DNA from: Alphaproteobacteria bacterium
GTDB taxonomy: Bacteria > Pseudomonadota > Alphaproteobacteria > MPNO01 > UBA830
DNA: 64,000 nucleotides
Direction of reading: 5' to 3'
Assembly: GCA_964291215.2 (NCBI GenBank)
Contig: OZ219790.1
Location: 1,344,001-1,408,000 of the forward strand
Position 1 is the stretch's first letter. Every line of letters begins with the position of its first letter. Positions 42,941 to 55,500 of this stretch are shown here, piece after piece. The position numbers were made by a program, and so were the translations under genes. A model generated the notes under the pieces. It was not told the origin of the DNA. It searched no databases and saw only the letters and a program-made list of their open reading frames with translations.

Positions 42941-44191
42941 TCAATGAGAAACCGCGGCCGCGCCGTGCTCGTCGATCAGCCGACCGCTGTCGAACCGCTT
43001 CAGGGCGAAAGCAGCATTCAGATCGTGGGGCCGGTCCCGGGCGATGGTGTGGGCGAACACCCAGCCCGACCCCGGAGTCGCCTTGAACCCGCCGGTGCCC
43101 CAGCCGCAATTGATGTAGAGGCCCTCGACCGGGGTCTTGCCGACGATGGGACTGGCGTCCGGGCAGATGTCGACGATGCCGCCCCACTGGCGCAGCATGC
43201 GCAGCCGCGAAAAGACCGGAAACAGTTCGACCAGCGCTCCCATCTGGGCCTCGACGATCTGGAAGCTGCCGCGCTGGGAATAGGAGTTGTAGCCGTCGAT
43301 CCCGGCGCCGATGACCAGTTCGCCCTTGTCCGACTGGCTGACATAGACATGCACCGCGTTCGACATCACGACGCTGTGCAGGATAGGCTTGACCGGCTCG
43401 GACACCAGCGCCTGCAGCGCATGGCTTTCTATCGGCAACCGGAGCCCGGCCATCGCGGCAAGCACGCTCGAGTGCCCGGCCGCCACCAGGCCGATCTTTC
43501 GGGCAGCGATGTATCCGCGGGTCGTGTCGAGGCCGCGCACGCGGCCGCCGGCGACGGTGATTCCGACCACCTCGCAGTTCTGGATGATGTCGACGCCGCG
43601 GGCATCTGCCGCCCGCGCGAATCCCCATGCGACGGCGTCGTGCCGGGCGACCCCGCCGCGTTTCTGAATGGAGGCGCCGAGAATCGGGTAGCGGACATCC
43701 TGCGCGGTGTTGATGATCGGTACCGCGGCCTTGACGCCGTCTGGATCGAGCATTTCGGAATCGATGCCGTTCAGCCGGATCGCCCGGACGCGGCGGGACA
43801 TCTCTCTCAGGTCATGCTCGTTGTGCGCCAGGTTGAGTACGCCCCGCTGGCTGAGCATGATGTTGAAGTTCAACTCCCGGCTGAGGCCCTCGTACAGCCT
43901 CAGCGATTTCTCGTAGAGATGCGCGCTCTCGTCCCACAGGTAGTTCGACCTGATGATGGTGGTGTTGCGTCCCGTATTGCCGCCGCCAAGCCATCCCTTC
44001 TCCAGCACGGCGACGTTGTCGAGACCGTGCTCCCTGGCAAGGTAGTAGGCTGTCGCCAGACCGTGGCCGCCGCCACCCACGATGACCACATCGTAGGACG
44101 GGCGGGGATTCGGGCTGCGCCACGCCCGCGGCCAGTTCCGATGATAGGCAAGGGCGTTACGGGCAAGGCTGAAGATCGAATAGCGGGCCAT
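42941..44191 (-). CDS. soxB: Sarcosine oxidase beta subunit
   Basis: [43 protein letters not shown]. Confidence 0.96.
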   Translation of the reverse strand: MARYSIFSLARNALAYHRNWPRAWRSPNPRPSYDVVIVGGGGHGLATAYYLAREHGLDNVAVLEKGWLGGGNTGRNTTIIRSNYLWDESAHLYEKSLRLYEGLSRELNFNIMLSQRGVLNLAHNEHDLREMSRRVRAIRLNGIDSEMLDPDGVKAAVPIINTAQDVRYPILGASIQKRGGVARHDAVAWGFARAADARGVDIIQNCEVVGITVAGGRVRGLDTTRGYIAARKIGLVAAGHSSVLAAMAGLRLPIESHALQALVSEPVKPILHSVVMSNAVHVYVSQSDKGELVIGAGIDGYNSYSQRGSFQIVEAQMGALVELFPVFSRLRMLRQWGGIVDICPDASPIVGKTPVEGLYINCGWGTGGFKATPGSGWVFAHTIARDRPHDLNAAFALKRFDSGRLIDEHGAAAVSH

Positions 44192-44539
44192 GAGTCCTTC
44201 GGATAATCCACCCCTCCCCCTGATGTTCCCCGGAAGCGCACCCGGCCGGAATCCCCCGCTGCCCGGGAACAGCTGCATGTGCGGCGCACCGGACAATAGA
44301 GATACAATCCGGCTTGAGCGGATACAATCCTGCCTTCTTCACGCAGGACTATCCAACGCATCCTTGATGCAGAGAGCGAGGCTGGGCCGGCCTGCATCGG
44401 TCGGGAGTTTTCCGTTGCGTGACAGACGGTTGGGCCCGGTCTCTGGCCGCGGTTCCGCGCGCAGGGCGCGTTGTCCGTTCAAGAGCGTCGTTCCGTTCCC
44501 CCGGGACGGACGGCGCCCGAGGGAACAGATAACGGAGAC

Positions 44540-44928
44540 ACGCGCATCCATGCCCCCATCAACGAGCGGACGGTCCACCGCACCTTCAGGGAGAAGAAAC
44601 CCGGACGATACGGCCTGACCGTCATCGACAGGGACCTGCCCGCCTTCGGCTTCACCGTCGCCAGGAACGGGACCAAGACCTTCTTCGTCCGGGCCTCACG
44701 CTCCGAAGACCGTCCTCGGCACCGCCGAGGACATGACCGCCGCCGAGGCGAGGGAGAAGGCCCTTGCCGCCATCGCGGAAGCCAGGGCCGACCGCGAGAC
44801 CGGGCCGCTGTTCGCCGACTTCGTGGCCGACTTCATGCGCCGCCAGGGGCAGCGCTGGAAGCCGTCCACGAGGGCGGGCAACGCCCACCTGATCGACCGC
44901 TACCTCGTACCCTTCTTCGGCGCGATGC
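44540..44928 (+). pseudogene. Tyrosine integrase N-terminal (arm-binding) remnant
   Basis: DRDLPAFGFTVARNGTKTFFVR, MTAAEAREKA, WKPST...IDRYLVPFFG. Fused by deletion to a DUF4338 fragment. Confidence 0.7.
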
Positions 44929-46338
44929 CCGCCGCCTGGAAAATCGCCCCGCGCGACACCTTCATCGGATGGACACCCGAGCAGCGTCAGAAGAACCTGC
45001 CGCGTAACTGCTCACCCCCTGGTTCCGGCATGATGTCGGGGTAGAGCAACGAACGGGTTTTCGTGGAAATTTGACACCCGATTCGTTTAGTGGTGGTCAT
45101 CGAGAACGACGGGGACCGCCAGTGGGCTACTTTGGATCGAAGGCGACGAGCGGGCTGTGCCAGCTGCTTCCGGGGCTCCGCATGATCTGTATGTGGAAAC
45201 GCATCTCGGAGGCGGCGCGCTGATGAAGCGCAAGGCGGAGTACCGGAAGATGCCGCCGGGCGAGCGCCAGGCGATGCTCGCAACGATCATGACCGTCGAG
45301 GCCGGGTGATGGCGATGGTCAACGCGGCGTCGCTGCGCGAGGAGTTCGAAGCGACCCGGATCGCAGCGCTGCGTGCGGCCGGCAAGGTGTCGGAAGAGGC
45401 CGTGATCCGGGTCCTCCTGCTCGACATCCTCATCGTCGTCCTTCTGGAGAAGACCACGCACGAGCCGGAACTCCGGCCTGCCGCCGTCACAGACGGACAA
45501 GAGCGCGAGGCGTGCCGGGAGCAACGGCAAGGGCCCGAAGCCGAACCGGCAGATGGGCGACAACCTGCGCAAGACCATCGTCGAGGAAACGGTCGCGGCC
45601 TGCGACGCCTGCGGCGCTGACATCGACGGCCCCGTCGATCGGGAGCGCCGCGTCCTCTACGACATCGTGTTCGAGGTCGTCGAGCGCCGCGTCGAGATCA
45701 AGGAATGCCCGAAGTGCAAGGCCCGGGGCCGGTTCCCCGACAACATCCCGTGCAGTACGGCATCGGCATCCAGGCCCTCGTCATCAACCTGCTGGTCGCC
45801 CAGATGCTGTCCCTGCGCCGTCGCGCTCGTGCAGGCGATCTCCGGCATCAAGCTCTCCGAGGCCTCGGCTATGCTTTCACGATGCGTCATGGGAGGAGGC
45901 CGCCGTGGCGCACCTCCTGCAACGCCCGATGTCGACGATTTCGGATCAACAGTAAGTGGCTCCATGTCGTGGGACCCTGACGTGCAAGTTCCCGCACCGC
46001 AAGCGCGGCCGGGAGGCAAGAGATCGGCATCATCCCGTGTTACAAGGGCGTCCTGGGCCTCGTACATGGGCCAGTGTAGCCACCAGCGGCAGCCACCTGC
46101 TGCGCGAACTGACCTTTGTCGCCGAGGCTGCCGCTGGGCGCGACTGATGAAGAGCCTGCTCCCTGCCACAAGGTCAACAAGAGCGCATCCAAAACCCTGA
46201 ACGACGCCGGGCGCTACCGCACCATCAGGGCGCCAGGGAACTGCCCGACATCCCGCCGCCGCCGAAAGGAAAACGTGGACGCAAACGCGCACAACCTGCG
46301 TCTCGTGAAACACGAAAACCTGCGCTTCATAGACGACC

Positions 46339-47863
46339 ATCGCGGTAGGGAACCGGGTTACCCCCCGCACAGAACCGGACGTGCGCTGTTCGCTCCTCCC
46401 CTGACGACAAGGCGCTGGTTTGGCCACGGGCTCAGTGGGCAGCGGTGAGGGTGTCTATGTCCCCGGTGAAGTCCTTTTGGGAGCGTCGCCGAAGGGCACG
46501 CAGCTGTTTGCATTGGTGTATGAACTTCTGCAGGCTGCTTCCTGGAACGGCGTAGTAGCAGCCGTTGATAACTCACCACTTGGCCGTTTCGTGCCGGTTA
46601 TCGTGCCACCGCCTGCGCAAGGCCTCCTTGATCCGCCGCAGGGTGCCCGTTTGCGACCGACCCTGAACCTGCCTTTCCTCGTCTGTTCGCAGAAGTGCGT
46701 CATGCCGAGAAAATCGAACGTCTTGTCCACGCTTCCGGCGGTTCGCTCTGGCAAACCGACCGAACTCGATGATTTTCCGGGTGCAGTTCAAGTGGGCTAG
46801 TCTCTCCCCAAGGTCTCAGCGCCGCCCAGATGCTGAAAGCCGCACACGAAGTCGTCCGCATAATGATCGTGTCCCGCTTGCGCCAGTGGTTCTGGAACCA
46901 GTCGCACGTAGTGCAGGTTCGCAAGGCGCCGCCCCTTGCGGTGTTCCCTTGCCAGTCGGTCCCTTCCATGACGCCGGCGTCACTTGATGATCAGACCCCC
47001 CCGGAGCATCGCAACCAGATGGTCGCGGTTGTCGAAGAACCCACGGGCGTCAACGATCCAGTTGACCTTCCGCCGTTCCACCGTGACGGCGCATGATGCG
47101 CCCCGGCCGGAACCGAGGAACTCCGTTTCGCGGCACCAGAATCACACCGCCCGCTGAAGAATCTTGTCCGAGGCAAGCGGTCGTTGCCCTCCATCCTCCT
47201 TGGGTATGTAAACCCCGGAGGCGCCCGGTACGCACCCCTGTGCACACGGGCGTGCAGCAGTTCCACACCCTCCGCATACGCTTGCCACACAACGCCCCGC
47301 CGCCGCGTCCTTCCTCAAGGAATGGAACGCATCGTGCAGAGCGTCGACCGTCACGTGGTGGAGTAAAGACGCTCTTCCGGGTTCCTCTTCGCTACCTGCG
47401 TTCAGCCGCCTGTGACCCCCGCTTCTGCGCGCGGCGCGGGCCAACCGCATTGGCCTTCCCTCCAGCAACTCCGCAGGCTCCGACGAACCCTTGTTCGCCG
47501 CCTTCAACGGTACTATGGCCGAATCTGACTTCTCGTTCATCATCGGTTTACGGATTAGTTCCTTTCCTCTGCGGCCCCTCCACGACAGAGGGGCAAGACC
47601 TCCCAGGTCCCTGCTTCGGCCATGGTTCTCGGACCCCGCGGAGCCCCCGTTCGCCTCACCAACGCGGCTCGTTGCCTTCGGCCACGACCTCGGCACTCCG
47701 GTTTCAAAGCATCTCGTGGCTCAATAGCCTGGCCTGCCGCTCCCCAACGCTTCGCCTGGCGCCTCACGACGCCCGACGCATGGTTCACGGAGAAAGTGGT
47801 GGTTAGCCTCTCTTCCTGCCGGGACTTGCACCCGGCCACATTCCACCAGTTTGCCTGGCGCAC
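46339..47863 (-). mobile_element. Second copy of the group II intron, same insertion site in the IS66 transposase
   Basis: GTGCGCC start at 47863, ccctaccgcgat end at 46339. Near-identical to 496-2009. Confidence 0.9.
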
Positions 47864-47898
47864 CCGATGTCAGCTTCACCAACAATGCCGGAGAACAG

Positions 47899-49504
47899 GT
47901 ATCTACTCACCCCTTGTTGGGTTCTGATTCATAGTGCTCGTTGATGATGTCTGCGGCTTTTCCGTCGAGGGCGATCTGGGTGGCGACGAGTGGGTTGTAG
48001 CCGAGTGCGGCCATGGAGGTGAGGTAGCTTGAGCTCCGGCACCATGCTTTTGCGTGGAGCGGAAGCATCCGGACACCTTGAGCTTGACCTTTGCCATCCT
48101 GATCTTCTGTTCTCCGGCATTGTTGGTGAAGCTGACGTTGGGGTCGTCTGTGAAGCGCAGGACTGACTTTTCGTGTTTCACAAGACGTTCGTGCAGGTTG
48201 TGCGCGTCGGACTTGCGTCCACGTTTTCCTTTCGTCGGGATGTCGGGCAGTTCCCTGGCGCCCTGATGGTGCGGTAGCGCTTGCGCACGGCCCGGCGTCG
48301 TTCAGGGTCTTGGATGCGCTCTTGTTGACCTTGTGGCAGACCTCGCGGAGCAGGCTCTTCATCAGCCGCGCCCAGCGGTAGCCTCGACGACAAAGGTCAG
48401 TTCGCGCAGCAGGTGGCTACCGCACAGCTGGTGGCTACACTGGCCCATGTACGAGGCCCAGCAGTCAGGACGCCCTTGTAGCACGGGATGATGCCGATCT
48501 CTTGCCTCCCGGCCGCGCTTGCGGTGCGGGAACTTGCACGTCAGGGTCCCACGACATGAAGCCACTTACTGTTGATCCGAAATCCGGTCTCGTCGACATC
48601 GGGCGTTGCAGGAGGTGCGCCACGGCGGCCTCCTCCCATGACACGAGCGCATCGTGAAAGCATAGCTGAGGCCTCGGAGAGCTTGATGCCGGAGATCGCC
48701 TGCACGAACGCGACGGCACGGCGCAGGGACAGCATTTGGGCAACCAGCAGGTTGATGACGAGGGCCTGAATGCCGATGCCGTACTGCACGGGATGTTGTC
48801 GGGGAACCGGCCCTTGGTCCGGGCCTTGCACTTCGGGCATTCCTTGATCTCGGCGCGGCGCTCGACGACCTCGAACACGATGTCGTAGAGGACGCGGCGC
48901 TCCCGATCGACGGGGTCGACGCCGTCGATGTCGGCGCCGCAGGCGTCGCAGGCCGCGACCGTTTCCTCGACGATGGTCTTGCGCAGGTTGTCGCCCATCT
49001 GCCGGTTCGGCTTCGGGCCCTTGCCGTTGCTTCCGGCACGCTCTCGTCCTTGTCCGTCTGTGACGGCGGCAGACCGGAGTTCCGGCTCGTTTTGCGCGTG
49101 GTCTTCTCCAGAAGGACGACGATGATGATGTCGAGCAGGATGACGAGGACGCGGATGACGGCCTCTTCCGCCACCTTGCCGGCCGCACGCAGCGCCGCGA
49201 TCCGGGTCTTGGCCGCTTCGAACTCCTCGCGCGCCGCGTTGACCGTCGCCATCACCCGGCCTTGCGCTTCATCAGCGCGCCGCCTCCGAGATGCGTTTCC
49301 ACATACAGATCATGCGGAGGCTGGAGCCCCGGAAGCAGCTGGCACAGCCCGCTCGTCGCCTTCGATCCAAAGTAGCCCACTGGCGGTCCCCGTCGTTCTC
49401 GATGACCACCACTAAGCGAATCGGCATGCAGTGTCAAATCTCCACGAAAACCCGTTCGCTGCTCTGCCCCGACATCAAGCGGGAATCAGGGGGTGAGCAG
49501 TTAC
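47899..49504 (-). mobile_element. Intron-free sister IS66 inserted in inverted orientation
   Basis: TIRs at 47899 (gtatctactcacccc) and 49504 (ggggtgagcagttac). 8-bp TSD gagaacag (47891-47898, 49505-49512). Confidence 0.92.
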
Positions 49505-50079
49505 GAGAACAGAAAATCAGGATGGCAAAGGTCAAGGTGTCCGGATGCTTCCGCTCCACGCAAAAGCATGGTGCCAAGCTACCTCACCTCCATGGCCGCA
49601 CTCGGCTACAATCATCACGTCGCAACCCAGATCGCCCTCGACGGAAAAGCCGCAGACATCATCAACGAGCACTACGGCCAATCAGAACCCAACTAGGGGT
49701 GAGTAGATACCCTGCCGCTGGTGGTCGATAACCCGGGATTCCTCATCATGCCCTGGCTTTCCGTCGCGAACCCTGGGTCCCGCATCCTCGCCATCATGCG
49801 ACGCCGACTGCCCGATGACTGGACCAGACGTTACAACATCACCCCGGTCCTCATCGAGACCTTCGTCCAGACACCGCGCTACACCGAAGCCGTCTACAAG
49901 GCCTCAGGATGGATCCGTGTCGGAACCAAGAAAGGACGAGGCCGCTACGCACAAGAAATTCGACAAGCCAAAAAAAGACATCTGGCTGAGGCCTCTGCGC
50001 AAGTACTGGAAATGCATCCTCAACCGGTGAAAATCGCCCGCAATCACCTCGTGACCGAACGCTTACGTGCAGCGGGTGC

Positions 50080-52555
50080 GTAAGCGTTCGTTCGTGCGGT
50101 GATGACGATCTGCGCTGAGGTTTGTTTTGGTGATTCGGAGAAGGGGGCTGGTAAATTTTTTTTGACGGTGCCATCAGGTCGTGCATGGTCATGTGCATCG
50201 AGGATTTCGTGTCATCATCGGGGGCGGACGCCGCTGGCGATGTGCCGCAGTCGTCATATCGTGATTCGGCCACCTGGAAGTCCCTGTACGATCGCGAGCG
50301 TATTCGAGCCAAGGCTGCGGAAGCCCGCACGGCGGTTGCGGATGCCCGCACGAAGGCTGCGGAGGGTCGCTGTGAGGAGCTGCGCTTGCAGGAGGTGGAG
50401 GGGCGCAGCCGCGCGAATTCCCTGAAGGCGATTTTCGAGAGCAATCGCGAGAAGCTGGCAGCTGCCCGTGCGGAGGTCAGGGAAGTTCGGCGGACGGCGA
50501 AGCAGTTTCTTGCGCTGAAGCAGGAGGTTGCACGTCCGGGCAGGCTTCTTGCCGAGGCCGGCGCGCGGAAGCGGTCGACGGTGGTGTCGCTGCGCATGGA
50601 GAATGCCGGCCTGAAGACCGCGATGAGGGTTCTGAAGGGTCGGGGCGCTCGAGGCGGAGAACGACAAGCTTCACAGGTCGTCGATGTACGGGCGCAAGAG
50701 CGAGAAGAGGCAGCGGGCGCCATCGAAGTGCGGCCAGCAGTGCGGCACTCTTGGCCGCGGCCGGCGCTCGAGGAGGTGGAGGAGCGGCTGGAAGTGGCGG
50801 AGGACGCGCGCTCGTGCTGCGGCACGCTGCCAACGGTTTGCACCAGGATCATCGAGATCAGGGCGCACAAGCGGCGGATTGTCCGCCCGCGCCGGGGCTG
50901 TGACTGCCCCGGTTCACCGAGCGAGGTGGCGGCGCGGCTGTTTCCCGGCACCGCATTCGGGTGTGGACGCATGTGCTGCACGAGCGCGTGCATGCGGCCC
51001 TTGCGCCGCGCCGCCCGACCAGGGGCTTTCGCCGGGAACGCCGGCCAGCTCCACGAGCCGGATGCTGCCCCTGTTCGAGCCGCTTCGGGACGCGATCCTC
51101 GCGCACCGGAACGAGGCGAGTCTGCGCCATGCCGATGCATCCGGGCCCTGAGGGAGGTCCGGAAGTCGCGCCGCGCCTGCTCTGGACGTCGGTCAGCCGT
51201 GACGCGGTCCTCTTCCACCCCTCGCGCAGCACCGAGGTCGCGGCGAAGCTGTTCGCGGACGCCGTCGGCCCCATGTATCCGGTCTGCGACCGCTACGGCG
51301 CCTGCAAGAAGCTGGCGCGCCTGTGGCCCTTCATCATCCTGTGCTGTTGCCGGGCGCATTGTCGGCGCGACTTTCCGGACTGCGCCGGCCGCAGCTGGAG
51401 GGGTGGGCGGACGAATGGATCGATCGCGGAGATCTGCCGCCTGAACACGGCTCGACTGCCTTGCTTCCGGCGGCCGGTCGGCGGCGGCGTTCGAGGCCGC
51501 GCAGGCGGCGCCGGAGACTGCGGTCGCCGCGCTGTTTGCGGCAGCGCCAGCTGGAGAGGCTTCCGAAAGCGGCGCCGGAAGGCAGGCCGCTGCGCTCAAC
51601 CATCGCGCAGGCGTGTTCGTCGACCATGGACAACAATTTCGGGGAAAGGGCTGTCAGGGGCCCGGCCAACGGGCGGAAGCCCGGCTTCGGTTCCGACAGC
51701 ATGGACGGCGTGCGGCTGTCATGTACACGGTCCTGTTCACGGTCGCGAGGAGCGGCCTCGACGTTCTGCGCTGGCTTGATGCCTGCGCGGAGAACGGCGG
51801 CCCGGCGATCTGTCGCCCTGGTTGCCGTGGCCCGGAGAGGCGGCGGAGATTCGCGGCGCCGCCGTGAGCGGCGAGGTCGAGTGCCGCTGCCACGGGCGCG
51901 ACTTCATGATCGCGCAGATGCGGCTGCTGCGCGAACTGACGATCACGGAGTGGACCCCATCGCCCGCGCCTTCTGCCGCCGCCGGCCCCGAAGCTGATCA
52001 CGTCGGACACCGAGCCGCCGCCCCGAAGACCCTCAACGAGCTCCGCCCGCTGACACTACCTCGAATACACGCGCCTGGTCGACCCGCAGATGCGCTACGC
52101 GGTCCATGACCGGAACGGCGAGCCGCTGCTCGGCTTCTCGACCGCCGCATGGAGCGCGCACTGCAACACCACGCCCGTGCTTTGCGAGATCTTGGTCGAG
52201 GTCCCGCACCGCGGCGTCTGCCGGCCGCGTCGGAACAACCAGGGGCGCGGCCGCTACGACCGACATGACAGGGTCGACAAGTCGAAGAAGGACATCTGGC
52301 CCGCTCCGCAAGGACTGGAAGCGGACCCTCAATCGCTGAACCCTGCAACCGGCACAGGATGGTGCTCAGCTCCTCCTCCGCAGCGCCGGGACAAAACCGC
52401 AACCAATGCGGAAAACACGGCATGGCGCCAGTGCCTGCCAACCTCACCGCGCATCCCGGTGCACGAAACCGCTCCGGATGACGCTGGAACTCCCTGACAA
52501 AGGCCCGTCAAACGGACGAAAACAACAACACCTCACCCCACGAACGAACGCTTAC
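50080..52555 (+). mobile_element. Decayed IS66-family element: transposase followed by a DUF4338 gene
   Basis: TIRs gtaagcgttcgttcgtgcggtga and tcaccccacgaacgaacgcttac (22/23). YGRKSEK, VCDRYGA, AHCRRDF, DNNFGERAVRGP, then QMRYAVHDRNG...FSTAAW...GRGRYDRH...KKDIW. Confidence 0.85.
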
Positions 52556-52589
52556 CTTCGGTCAAACCATGCGTGGCTTGTCGGGGTCC

Positions 52590-55500
52590 TCACCCGCCGT
52601 CAAGAATGTCCTTCAGCGTCTCGCAGGATGAGGCCGGCTCCACGCTGCGCGCGAACTCCGGGGGGATGAAGAGGGGGTTGCCGGGAGACCAGAGTTCCAC
52701 GCTCCCGGCATTGTCCTCGAAATACTCCGTGCCCGTCGTCACCCGCAACTCTTCGGTCATGCCCGGCGCCAGCAACCCGTATTCGCGCCGCCCCATCGGC
52801 CGGACCTCAACGCCCGGCGCCATGAGGCCGGGCGCTGCGACGATCCGGTCCAGATCCTCCATCGTCACGATCGGGGGCAGACACGTCAACATGGCGATAT
52901 CGTCCTGCGTCGCGGCGTCGATATCGAACCCTGCGCCCCGGGCGTCGTCCGCCTCGCGTTCGATCGCGGCGACGAGGCCGGCGCGTCCGCGCTCGTCCCG
53001 GCCCGAGAGCACGCCTTGCGATATCGCGCCGGGCAGCCGCGCCAGAATCGGCTGCAGGCGCCCGACCACAGTCTCGAACAGGCCGATGCGCTCGCGGAGC
53101 GCGCGGTAGATGTCGGTCTCGACCGTCCCCTTGCAGTGCAGGTTGACGATCCGGACGATCGCGTGCGCCTGGCCCAGCCGGTCGATGCGCCCGATGCGTT
53201 GTTCGACCCGCATGGGGTTCCACGGCATGTCGTAATTGACCGCTGCGCCGCAGAACTGGAAGTTCAGGCCCTCGGCCGCGGCGTCGGTGCACAGCAGGAT
53301 ATCGGCTTGCCCTTCGCGGAACCGCCGTTTCGCATCGTCCCTGTTCATGCCGCGCCATGCGCCGTCGGCTCCGGGCGCCTCTCCGCCGCGCCCGGAGAAG
53401 CACAGCAGCGTCCACTCGCCGTTCTCGAGAAGGGCGTCGCGCAGGAAATCCATGGTGTCGGTATATTGGGTGAAGACCATCGCCTGGCGGTAGCCGTCCT
53501 GGCGCAATTCGCGCAGAACGCCCTTCAGGCTGTCGAGCTTGCTGTCCGGCGGAAGCTGCCCGACCGCGCCGAGCAGGCGGTCGATTTCCGCAGCCTGTTC
53601 GAGGACGAGGGCCCTGCGTTCGAGGCCCGCTGCATCGTCGGTGTCGGTGGCCTCGTCGGCTGCATCGTCGTCCGGCAAATCCTCATCAAGGCCGAAGAGG
53701 TTCTCGCGCACATCGCCGACGATGGCGTCGCGGCGCTTGCGCAGAGTCTCATGCAGCGCCGCGAAGCTGCTGGCGAGCCGGCGGCGGTAAATCGTCATGA
53801 CAAACCCGACCGCCGTGCGCTCCTTCTCGCTCGCCCGGCCGTATGCTATGGCAATGTAATCCTCGACAGCGTCGTAGAGCGCCCGTTCATCATCCGTCAT
53901 GTCGAGAAAGCGGTCCTCGACCCGGCGCTCCGCGATCGGCGTCTTCATCGTCCCTTCCCGGAAGTAGCGCCGCAGCAATTCGCGGGTGTTACGCGAGATC
54001 AGCCTGCGCACCGGGGCGCCGGCCCGCGCGATCGCGACCGCGCCCCGGCGTTCGTCGCTCTCAAGCCGGCGCCGCGGAATGCCCGCCTCGTCGCGCAGCG
54101 CGCGCAGCGCCTTGCTGGCCTTCAGCCGGGATAGGCCGGTCAGGCGTTCCGCCTCGGTTCTCCCGATCTTGCCATAGGCGCGCTCGGCCGCACGGAACAG
54201 AGACGCCATGCGCTCCAGTGCCTCCGCCGAAGGGTTCCGCTGTTCAATATCGTCAAAGAAGTCGAGAAACGCCCGTTCATGCCATTCCGGCGGCAAGCCG
54301 AGCAGGTCGAGCAGGTCGTGGACCTCGACGGGGTGCACTTGCATCGGCGTCGCCGTCAGCAGGACCAGCCCTTTCGTGCGGTCCTTCAGGCCGCGCATGA
54401 GCCGGAGCAAGGCGTTGGGGCCGCCTTCCTGCTGGCTGCCGGGGGCGCGGCGCCGGGCGTGATGCGCTTCGTCGAGCACCACAAGGTCCCACGGCTCCGC
54501 CCTTTCCAGCAGGTCCGCCTGCCGCTCGCTCCGGCGCATCAATTGGCTGGAGGCGATCACGACCGGCTCGCGATGCCATGTTTCGCGCCCGGCGGCGTGC
54601 TCATGGCGCCCTTGCAACGCCGGCGAGGGATGCCATGCCAGCTTGCCGCCATCGTAGATCGGCCAGTTCAGGTTGAACTTCTCTCGCAGCTCGACCTGCC
54701 ACTGGACGAGCACGGCCTTCGGCGCCAGGATCAGGATACGCTTGGCCCGTCCCGCCAGCCATGCTTGGCGCAGCAGCAGCCCGGCCTGGACGGTCTTTCC
54801 CAGCCCCACCTCGTCGGCGATCAGCAGCCGGGGCGGCCAGTTGCCGTACAAGCGCTCGAATGCCCGCGCCTGATGCGGCCAGGGATCGACCGGCGCGGTC
54901 GCCTCGCCAACCCGCACACCGCCGCCCGGCCGCGACGGCGCCTCCCGGATGAAGGCCCAGACCCGCGTGCGCAGCGTGCTGGCTGGCGGCAGGTCGGCGC
55001 CGTTATCGGGCCGCGGGTCTGGCCGGCGCACGAGCAGCCTTGGCACCTCGTCCACCCGTTCCAGCCGCGCCGGCCGGCCCGTCTTCGGCATGAAGCGCAT
55101 CAGGTCGCGGCGCGCCGCCTCCGGCACGTCCAGCACAATCGCGCGCTGCGCCCTGTCGGCCCAGAGGTTGGCGAAATTCGCCTCCTCCGCATCGACCCGC
55201 CCCGGCTCAGGTCCCCAGCTGGTATAGACGCTGATGCTCTCCCAATTGGCCTGCCAGCCGGCACCAGTCTCGTTGATGCTGCCGGTCCAGGCCAGCCGAT
55301 CGCCGGCCAGGTCCTCGATGATCCCGGTCTTCTCGTGGAAAATACCGCTGTCGGCCACCGGCTCTCGTGCGGCATTGCAGGGCACGGCGACCCTGACTGT
55401 GAGAAACCCGCCCGCGACCATCCACGCCAGCAGTTCCAGCGCGCCTGCCGCCGCCGGGTCGGGCGGGGCCAGCGGCAGACATGCCAAGTGCCGCTCAACC

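Larger units (their letters stand above)
45004..49710 (+). mobile_element. Decayed MTase-type IS66 element containing a group II intron and a nested sister IS
   Basis: Ends gtaactgctcacccc and ggggtgagtagatac. 8-bp TSD cctgccgc (44996-45003, 49711-49718). Confidence 0.92.
44929..50030 (+). pseudogene. DUF4338 (DruA-like) gene fragment split by the IS66 at 45004-49710
   Basis: AAWKIAPRDTFIGWTPEQRQKNLP before the insertion joins LVVDNPGFLIMPW...PVLIETFV...GRGRY...KKDIWLRPL after it. Followed by an IS end (gaacgcttac, 50066). Confidence 0.85.

Noticed and set aside
44929-52340. Druantia defence system based on DUF4338 next to a helicase
   Set aside because: The DUF4338 copies are broken and lie inside IS termini. 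The helicase is SNF2-type and belongs to the DUF499 operon on the other strand.
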